Assembly: GCA_051362555.1 (NCBI GenBank)
Contig: CM120649.1
Span: 4,340,001-4,404,000, forward strand
Direction of reading: 5' to 3'
DNA: 64,000 nt
Origin: Lingula anatina
Taxonomy: Eukaryota; Animalia; Brachiopoda
Shown here in pieces: positions 51,148-61,555 of the stretch (its first letter is position 1; each line of letters begins with the position of its first letter). The notes below the pieces were generated by a model. That model saw only the letters and a list, made by a program, of their open reading frames with translations, was not told the DNA's origin and did no database searches. A program made the translations under genes and the position numbers.

Positions 51148-52935
51148 ATTTCCACCTGGTCCCATGTATTTTTTTAAGATCAAAGTCAGTTTCGTATTGC
51201 ATTTAATTGTAATTGTTTTTGCTATGTTGGTTTCATATTTAATTAAATGTATCCTTAGCTGCTTCAACGGTGTGTCAATTTTGGAAGAGGTATCTACTAC
51301 CATTTTTCAGATCAAGATTCGAGTACAGTGTAACTTGGTATATAACCGTGTTGACATATTTTGTTATAAAAATATGAATCAATCTCTCCCCCAAAAATCT
51401 AGATGCAATGTTGTTTTCAGCCGTTAAATACCAGTTTAAAACAAATATCTCCGGTGTTTTAAGGAAAATTGAAAGGACACATAGCCTTGTCTTCTCAGGA
51501 CACCCTATATTTTGACTTACAAGGAGATGTTTGTTTAAGTCTAACAGAGACATTGATCAAACATCTCCATAAAACTCAGAAGTCCGTCCACACCACATAA
51601 GTTCTCCGCGATCTTCATTGGGTACCTGTGCCTCAAAGCATAGTCTATAAAATATTACTCTTGCCTTTAATTTTTTAAAGGGCGACTGTCCATTTTGCAT
51701 TACGATAAAACTTCTAACTCCCATTAGAATTCTTCGGTCCTTTGGCCAATTTCAACTCAAGCAAAACGACACACACACACACACACACACACATAAAAAA
51801 GTGAAACATATGGTCACAGGAGTTTTGAGTTTGTATTCTGCAAAATTTACGGTCCCATTTTGTAAACAATTCAAAAAAATAATTCTTAATAAATCTTATC
51901 ATTAAAAAAAATAATTGAGAAAAATTATTTACAGAAAATTTCGGTTAACTTAACTATATTTTAGTTTTTATTACAATTATATTGATTTCTATGTAGTTTT
52001 AGTGTTTATATGCATATATAAAAAGCGCTAAAATGCCTGTTCAGCACAGTTTCAATAAGTGATGTGTTTTAATCATGGTCATCATCATCATCATCATTAT
52101 TAATATTATTATTAAAGTAGACCGAATGTAGATCTAAATTTATAGAACAAGTTTTAGTTTGAATTCGTATTTGAATTGGGTACCTTGAAAGAAAAGATAA
52201 AAATGCTTTCTATACATATAAACGTTATCAATTTTCAAGCATTCCAAGAATGATGGATATTACTGCTGTACTAAGTTGGCTTACTTTGAAGACTTTCTTG
52301 GTTGGCGTTATGGTGTTCCTGTTGGTGATGTCATATCTACAGAGAAAGAAGTACAAGTTACCACCAGGACCTCCACAGGTACCGATACTGGGAAACTACC
52401 TAGGTAAGAACAAAATGAACGTTGTTTTGCCTTAATATATAGATTTCTTAAAAAGCCGTCTTCGATTAACAGACAACAATTGTCAAGCCATCACATTAGA
52501 TTATGTTCTTAACGGGTGTTTCTATTTTATTTCTAGCATTTAGGAAGGACAAAAGAATGTTCTCAGTATTCACGAAGATGGCAAAGACACACGGCGATAT
52601 ATTTACAGTGAACTTAGGTCGGTTCCATTCTGTGTTAACATGAATTACTTTCGTACAAGTCTTTTGGTTCATACAATAAATTATCTGGTTCACAGTTATG
52701 TCAAGCATGGGTTACCTTGTGCCTTCATTGGTGTAAGTATAGTCCCGCAGGGTAAGGAAATTTGATTTAGAACTGGCAACTATGAGTAAATTAGTCAGAT
52801 GCATGAAGTCTATATAAAAGAGATATTCAAAGAGATATAGATCGATATTATTAACAAGCCGTCTCTTGTTTCGAACGTACTCGTGTAATCAGCAGCTTTC
52901 CTGTATTCTACTCAACGTCATGAGGAGACGTGTTA

Positions 52936-53149
52936 GACCCCATTCCCATAGATTTTAGATCGATCTATCCATGTGGGGAGTCTCACTAGATTAGCCGGCT
53001 GAAGCGTCAGTCCCGCCTACTAAAAGCTGTAAGGGGGTAATTAACTATGGTGCGCGCTCGGCTAACTGCAATTTAGCGTGAACCCCCGGGGAGTTAGGTT
53101 GATCTAAATCTAAATCTCTGGATCGATCTAAATCTCTGGGAATGCACTC
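52936..53149. mobile_element. Harbinger/Tourist-like MITE, family A, copy 2, nested in an older MITE
   Basis: Perfect TTA...TTA flanks; reverse complement of 2316-2530. Confidence 0.8.
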
Positions 53150-55480
53150 TTAGTCTTTTAATCTGATTGCATTCAGCGAAAGTCACCGCAGAGTAAGTCC
53201 GATCTACCCAATTACGATAGTTTCAATGTAAATGCAATATAAGATGAAATACGTGTACGCATACTTCATCCATTTAATGCAATTTGACAAATATTCAGTG
53301 CTTTACTTTAATCTATAATAGAAAAAATGTGCCTTTATATACTTCCCTCAGTTAATGCTATTTTTCAAAGTCTTATGCATTCATTTAATGAAATAACTTA
53401 AATGCTTCAATTCACATCAGGTTTTGGCCAAAAGGTGATCGTTCTCCATTCAGCGGATATTGTGCACGAGGCTCTGGTTGAGCAAAAAGAGGTGTTTGCG
53501 GGCAGGGATAATTTATTTTGGTCGTGTGAGTACGGTGCAAGAAAAAGGTGCAGACGTATAACTGTTTACGTCAAAACGCACACAGAATGTAATAATGTTT
53601 AGACGAAAGAGCCGAGTTAATTTATCGAACAGTCAATAAGTAAGTAAAATGATTTGTACCACCTAAATGCAGTTTACATTTTTAATGGAATTTAGATTTT
53701 CAAGATATTGTTTAGAATGTGTTTTAATTAGATAACAGTCTATGTAGGATTTGTCATGTTTAGTTAACACACCATAGATCTGAATATCTGTGATATCACA
53801 AGGATAGATTATTAAATAAATCAGTCTTTTCAAACTGAGAGGATCAAGGAGACCCATTTGGATATGGAAAAGAATTATTATTTTAAAGACATTTTATATA
53901 CAACGGTTTTAACAGAAAACAGAGACTAGATGTAACGTGACAGAGAGCCCCCATGACAGAGAGCTCGGTTCCCATTCATTTGTACAGGCAAGCCCCGCCC
54001 TAGATTTTGGCACGCTTATGTCATGCTGGCTCTATAATCTGTATAATTAAATGCAGGTTGGACTCTCCGTTACACAGAGCCTTAGTTTCATCACACCGGC
54101 ACTGGTCCTTCAAAGAAAATGTTGAAACTAAATTGGTTCTGATTAAATATTTCCCTCCACTAAATGAAAATTTATTGAAGTTTTTACTTAGATGAGTGTC
54201 TACTTTTCAGGACTTACATAGCAAGTGATAAGCTAGAGCAACTTGCAAAATCTTCTTTTGGGGAAGTCGCCATGTTGCTGGAAAAACAAACGGAACCTGT
54301 GGATTTGGCCGAATATATTCGCCTGACGGTTTATAATGTTATTTGCAGGATGACCTTTGGGAAATGGTGACTTCCTTTAATCTTCAATTTAAAATGTAAT
54401 GTCTTTTCACATTTTAAAAGCAATTTGCACCTAAAACAAGTGCTGGGGAGTTGGGGTGTTGGGGTGTGAAAAAATGAAAGTGTATTTCCGTTTTTGTCAA
54501 ATCAAAAGGGGCTTTTGAAAATACTTTCAGCTACAAGGTCAATGACCCAGAGTTTGTGTGGCTTAAAAACAAAATGGACGAAATGATGGGATTGTTCACT
54601 GACTTAATGCCAGCCGATCTTCTTCCATTTTTGAAATATTTGCCTATCAAGTCAACACTGGTTGCAAAAAGAATTATGCAAGAACTTATCGATTTTCAAG
54701 CTGTTCAAGTCAAGGAGCACAAAGCGACCTTGACAGCAGGTATTACATTCATACCAACACTTATATGTATGTTCCTTTACCCAGTATATACAATGAGCAT
54801 ACATTACTTTAAATATTGGATATTTCCTTGGGAATGTCTTTGCTAACCTCACTTTATGACAGTAATTTTCTACATCAAAGATGTAGAACAAAGACACACG
54901 TGTTTCGTCCGTCCTATTAAATGATTTGAAAAAAAAAACAACTCATTTTGCATTATCATTTAATCAATTAACAAATAATGAATATCAACCGCCTATCCTG
55001 AATATTTTATCAAAAATCCGCTCATAACTTCTTGAATTATACCGTTGACTGACAAAACAAACTTCGACAATAAATAACCTCTTTGGGGAAGGTAACACAA
55101 TAATAGCCACCTTATCTATATATTGTCATGGGTTTTTTACATTTGGAACTTATTTTAACTAGAAGGCTCTACACTACATGCATTGCCTACTGTAATGTCA
55201 GTAATGTTACGGTGACATAATGTTATTTATTTCGACATTTTTCAGGGCAGGCAAGAGACATTACCGACCAACTGTTGTTGGTACGCCAAGAGATGGACGC
55301 AGGGAGCGACGGATCCCTTATGGAGACATTAACAGACCAACACATCATTCAGACTATATTTGACATGTTTTTTGGTAGGTTTAATCTCCTAATCCCTTAT
55401 ATATTAACACATGTACAAATATACAGAAACCTTCATTCCTTTAATTTATTATTGTATTTTTCAATTATTGGGAACAACTG

Positions 55481-56388
55481 GAGCCAATTCCATTAAAGCA
55501 TTCTAAGCCCTAGTTGGTTGCTAAACTTCATTCTATCTCTAGTTGTATACTAACTTTATTCCATAAAACCATTCTAAGTCTAGCAGGGTTCTAAGTTTCA
55601 TGCTAAAGTTAGAGTAGGTATGGGTATCTTCTAAATCACTAGTATCATTCTAAGTCATTCTACTCATACCTCCGAGGTGTAAGGATGGCCAGGAGAATTG
55701 TAGAAATTGTGGAACCCCGCAGAACAATGCGGCTGGAACGAGTGTTTTGGGATAGAAGGAATCCGTTGGACTTTTTTTGATGATGTGGAACTTGTAAAAA
55801 TATACAGATTTTCCAGAGAAGGCATTTTCCTGATAACTGACATTGTTAAAAATGACATTATTGACCCTACCATGCAATACCACGCCTCATTACCATGCCA
55901 GCAGGAAATGATAGCCCTGCAATACTATGCAACGAACACTTTCCAATATTTTGTTGGGGACCCTTTGCAAGTGTCCCAGCAAACTGCTTGGCGTGCGATT
56001 CATCATCTGTCAAATGCTCTTGTAGCAAGGATTTCGGATTTCGTTGTCTCTTCCCTGAAGCTGAACCTGCCATTTTGATTATTTTCTGTATAGGGCTTTT
56101 GCAGAATACATGGATATGCCTTGACATGTACTTCCCTCAGCCTGCACTCAGTTCAACTTTCACTCTGTCACTGCCTATTGTTTGGCGAAACTGACCCTGT
56201 GGTTTTGTGATTTTCCTATAAAGACACCATTCTAGCCAAATCTTAGCGAGCAACTAGTAAGAATGCTTCTTAGTATGGTTTTATGGAATAGAGATTAGTC
56301 GATTGCTAACAAGTATACAACTAGGGATTAAGAATCATTCTAAGGCCTAGTATCATGCTAAATTAGAATGCTTTTATGGAATTGGCCC
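55481..56388 (+). mobile_element. Internally deleted Harbinger transposon with an N-terminal transposase fragment, copy 4 intron 7
   Basis: TIR gagccaattccattaaagcattctaa / ttagaatgcttttatggaattggccc. ORF 55707-56078 has YRFSREGI..IALQYYATNTFQYFVGD..VSQQTAWRAI, like the N-terminus of HARBI1/Harbinger transposases. No catalytic domain. Confidence 0.85.
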
Positions 56389-57710
56389 TATGGGTGTGTA
56401 AGTCGTATTGCTCCACGGGTCACCCATTGCAATGAAAAGCCTATGAAAGAACTACTATAGGAATACATGGCACATTCAAAGCTCATGGAAACAGTTTATT
56501 GGGAATGTCTCTAAGGTATCCTATAGCATGGCTGGTATTATTTTCGTTGTTTTTGTAGCTGGGGTCCTGACGTCAACAGAAACACTGAAATGGACCATCC
56601 TGTATGTTGCGGGCAACCCGGAGGTACAGGAGAAGATGCACCAGGAAATAAGTGGAGTTTTGGGTGAGGTCTTTCTCTCTCTCTCTTTCTCTCTCTTTCA
56701 AACGCAGTTGTCTCAATATGTACATGTATCACTATAATAACTTCTCAGACATGAGGGAAAGCTCACATTTTAAAATAAAATTCACTCCATTGACAAACAT
56801 ATATAATCTGTATGCCCCTTTCTACCGATGTATTTGTGACAAAATGCAAGTACCAATTACATAATATAAATACTAATAATAATGATAATAATAATAATAA
56901 TTTTATTCTTATTAGCGAAACATAGCGTACAAGAACACTGTTCTTAGTTGTTGAAAAGCTTGAAGTGTCTGGCGTTATGTAGGAATGGAGTGTTGTCATT
57001 TTTTAAAAATCTTACAAACCTGTTGAGCACATACAGGGTTACAAAGTTAAAAATGATGTATAGGAAAGGAATAAGGATCGATTGGAAACAAATCTTTAGC
57101 AAGTTTTTTGTTTTCTAAAACATTAACAGCAACAGTACTTTACTATCTCTTAAATTTGTACCTGCTTTCAATATTTTACCCAGCGGACGACCTAGACGAC
57201 CTACGTCACTGTAAGTCCAAGCTGCCATATTGCGAGGCAGTTCTCCGCGAAGTTATGCGCCTGCGTCCAGCTGCCCCTGTTGCTCTCAGCCACCAGACGA
57301 TTAGAGATACAAAACTTGGTAAGCCGATTATTCACACGCGTGTTTAAAGGTGCACTTGTATATGTTTGTGTGAATTCTCCTCATTGTGTATTTGTGCATC
57401 TGCCCTTCTCCGAGAAACTCTCTCTTGTGGATCTTTACGTGCGTGCATTCGCATGCTCTCATCTGTCGTTTTACACATGCGGTTGTCACGACTCCATGTT
57501 TACCAAGTATTTTAAAAGGTAATCTACCTGTATTTTAAAAGTGTACAAATAAATAAACCTGAGCTTACTGCGCATAAAAAACATTGGTACAATGCAAGAA
57601 CATGACCGGCTAGCAGCAACACAAAAACAAGGCTAAGACTGACCGCTCATAACTGTAAAACAGAAAAAGGAAGGTGGGCAAACATTTACAGGGAGGGTCG
57701 TTTGTATATA

Positions 57711-59369
57711 CAGACTTGACATTTAATATGGAATATTTCAGTTTCGAATGTACGCCTAGGTGAAAATGCGTTTTTTTTTTCACAAACTCCGATCTCATAT
57801 AAGATATGTGAATGGAGAAGTGTGTAGTCAGGTGTGTCGCTACCAATTAAGTGATTACCAGGTTTGTTGCGCTGCTGCATTATGTAATATGCAGTGATTA
57901 AATTGGGTAGTGCTCCTTTGGGCAGGTCAAAGCTAGGCTTTGGCAAAGCATGGTTCTGTCAAAAAAGTATCCATATGTCGGCAACTACCGCATAGAAAAA
58001 TTTGAAATTTTGCATGCAAGTCGTCGGATTTGCAGTGTGTAAAATGAGCTATGCAGTGCTTTACAAATTTGTTAAGCTGTGGCAGAATGGCGCGAAAAAG
58101 ACAGGCATTGCCAGGCAGGCAATTGCGCCAAACAAAACGGTCCGCACTATTTTACAGAGTAATGCCCAGACTGATGTACCTTCACAGAGGCCACACCCAA
58201 TGTATTGAAATCTTACCACCAGGGTACAGGACCCACTGTCTTTCGGGATATGCTGTTGCAACTAAACAAAAACCACCAAGTCCGTTCAGAATGAGGGGTA
58301 AATTACCACCAAAACGCATTTTCAAGGCCCTTAGCGAACACCAAACTGGTTTTAGCAGGTTAGAATACCATACGACCTCCGAGGAACCCACTGTAAACAG
58401 CAAAACACCGTTGTATGTTTCTCTATTGAATTGAGGACCTTGGCTGTTTCTGGGTTGAACACTGAAATCTCGTGGCTTTCTTTATTGAGGTCAGATTTCA
58501 CCTGTACCGCTCAACAGTCAAAACAGAGTTTACAGACATCCAGAAGAGGCCAACAACGAAGCGTGTGCCGCGTCTAAAGTGACTAAGGTCATTAACAGCG
58601 TCAGTATTTGGAGTGGATACCACATTGGTGCCAAAACACCAATGGTAGTCATTGACGAAAACCTGAACCAGATCAATTAAAGAAATAATCTGGGAACCAC
58701 TTGGCTATCATTTGATAGGGGACAACTTAGGAACAATTTTAGGTTGCATGGTGAGATTGCCGGTTCACACAGAGCACTTTTAATAGCAGTTTACTTACAG
58801 AACCAAGGGAATGAGCAGCTACCTTGGTCATCAAAATCGCCATATTTGAACCAAAGAGACAATATGTTGGTAGGCCATTACTCTCCGAATCAATGGCCTA
58901 CATATCCTACAACAATATTGGACCAAATTGGGCAGATTTTGACCGATGCATGGAATGTTATTCCAGATTAAACTTTAAAAACCTATCCCAAGGAACACCT
59001 TGCCACTTGAGAGCGCTGGTAGCAGCCAGAAGAAGTCAGGCGTAACAGCGACCATTACTGTGACTAGAAACTGACATGAGGGTCTTTTGTGGAGCGTTTA
59101 ACTCTTTTACAGACAATAATTTGGAAAATATGGAGGTCCAAAATATCCCTTTTAATGGTTGTTGTATGACATAGAATAGGCAATGTATTTTTGTTTCCTT
59201 TTCTGGCGAATTCCATTGATGAACTGATGTCACAATGACATCAAAGAGATAATTAAAAGTTATTAAAACACGATTTTAATCCTTATTTTCATTTATCAGT
59301 CTGCAAAATAGGAAAAAACTGATGAAAAATGATTTGGAAAAAAATATTCCATATTAAATGTCAAGTCTG
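57711..59369 (+). mobile_element. Decayed full-length Tc1/mariner element, 1659 bp, copy 4 intron 9
   Basis: 28-bp perfect TIR cagacttgacatttaatatggaatattt with TA on both sides. Frameshifted transposase remnants include LPWSSKSPYLNQRDNM (degenerate WPxxSPDLNPIEN) and ILTDAWNVIP. Confidence 0.88.
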
Positions 59370-59460
59370 TATATATTGCTTCTGTACAAATATATATACA
59401 AAAGGGTATCTAAAGAAGCAATACTGTAATACAAGTCCACATAATAGTTGTTTTTTCGAG

Positions 59461-59514
<54 letters not shown>

Positions 59515-61555
59515 TCCTTCAGTTTTGCCCGAGATATATCTTATATGTGTAAATTTACTCTATATTTAAAACAGATATAAAAATACCTATCTAAGAAATA
59601 TTCTTTAGAGTAAAATGTAATTTTAACATTGTAACAAATTATAGAATTTGATTACAAGTGAAAGCAGAGCAATACCATTTTAAATAGTGTATTTTAAAAG
59701 TATATTTCATGTTTAAATACTTGAAAATGTACTTCCTGTTTAAGGAAAGGTCACTTAGTGTAAAAAGGAAAAATATTAAAAATACTAATGAAATAGTAAA
59801 ACAAAGCGATATATACGGATGAATACATTGGCAGTATTACCATGCATCATTCCTCCCAACTAGGTAATTCCATAGTAAAACAATGAAGCACAAATAGATG
59901 GTTACATTTGCAGTGTTATCATGTTATCTTTCTTTTTAACTAGGCGGTTATGACCTGCCAAAGGGGACTGTGATATTTCCAAATGTGTGGGGAATACACC
60001 ATGATCCCAGAAATTGGGAGTCGCCAGAAGTTTTCAAACCAGAGCGATTTCTGGACAAAGATGGCAACTTGAAACCGACTGATACCAAGATATGGTTGCC
60101 GTTCTCCTCTGGGAAGAGAAAATGTGCTGGTGAAGGTCCGGCCAAAGCTAACATCATAATGATTTTGGTACGTGGCTATTACGTTTGATCACACCACATT
60201 ACCCCTTTATCAAATGCAACATGGAAAACATTTTTTTAAATCGTTTACAGAAATAAACGATAAGAACAGGAATTAACCAATTTACCAAGAGGTAAAAAGT
60301 TTTTAGGCTCTTGGTTCTATGTTGTTGAAAGAGATGCCTGGTAAAAATAATAATAGCGGCATGCAGTAAAGAAAGAGCTAATAAACCATCGTCTAGTTGC
60401 ACGTTTTAACAAAGTGAAAAACATCACTTTGTCTTATGAGAGTACCATAAAACATACCTTTAATACATTATTGCTGTAAAAGAACGTCCGAACCTCTGAA
60501 CGTTATTGTATTGATATCGATCATCAGTTAAATCCTCACTATTTCAGGCCATGTTTTTCCAGCGGTTCAAAGTGAGTTTTCCGCCAGGACAAAAACCGGA
60601 TTTCGAACCTGCCATGTATCCCTTTGACTGCATCCCAAAACCGCAGAAGTTGATCATAGAAAAAAGGGAAACAGTTTGTTAGAATGCCAAAGAAATAGAA
60701 CAAAGATGTGGCATCCATAGTTTGACCTGATTTGGTGTATAGCTAAATATTATTTTAAACCAAAACTATGACTGCGACTTATGATAGGAATGTAAAATAT
60801 GAGTATAAGCACTGATGCGAATATAAATAGCCAGTTTCTTATTTTGTAGGTTGAGTAATTTGTCAAAATTATATTCATGTGCTAACCCCAATACTCCTAC
60901 AGTATAATCATATTACAGGTATATCCCGGACATCCATTCTTAGGACTACCATTTCTGTCACACAGGGGATACCGTATAAGAAAACAACCAAAAGGTGATA
61001 GGCACTTTGAATTCGTTGGGGGGTGGGGTGGGGGTCCCTCCGATGGGTTCAAAATTTATTTAAGCTAATTCGTTTAACACATCTGTCCGTAACACGTGTT
61101 TTTCCACTACTTCGAGTTTTACTTTTCTTTTTTTCTATTCTATGTTTTGTCTCCTCTTTGACTTAAACATTTGAAACCCGACAACATAAAAAAATGAATT
61201 TATGCTAATTGACCTGTTTTGGTTGCCAATGGACGATCATCTGGGGAAAGAACCACAATATAAATACATGAAGCAAAAGTTACAGTGAATTGTCGCGCTT
61301 GAGCTAGACCACAGATATCGGCGTCATGGGGTTCACTCGTCTAAGGTATTGTGTTAAACCGCCTAAGCTATTGTGTTATTCCGTTTGAATTTTGAAGGGA
61401 TTTCTACGTGTTTCCATTGTTTGCCCACACCTTCTATTCACAGGATAGGGATTAAAACATTCCATACGTTTCTATACCAGTATACAACTAAATCATAATT
61501 ACGAGTACCACTGAAATAACCAGTCTTTAGAGTAAAATGGATTGTAAACATTGTA

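Larger units (their letters stand above)
52250..60682 (+). pseudogene. Cytochrome P450, clan 2 (CYP17-like), array copy 4; exon 4 deleted, probable pseudogene or null allele
   Basis: Exons 52250-52403, 52537-52617, 53421-53525, [exon 4 missing], 54211-54366, 54531-54739, 55246-55374, 56559-56663, 57184-57318, 59944-60167, 60548-60682 match copy 3 in size. Joining exon 3 (..TCG T) to exon 5 (GA C..) gives TGA and a frameshift. Confidence 0.8.

Noticed and set aside
53525-54213. Selenocysteine or read-through rescue of the TGA made by joining exons 3 and 5 in P450 copy 4
   Set aside because: The missing exon is 94 nt, so the downstream frame is shifted regardless and the WxxxR motif is lost.
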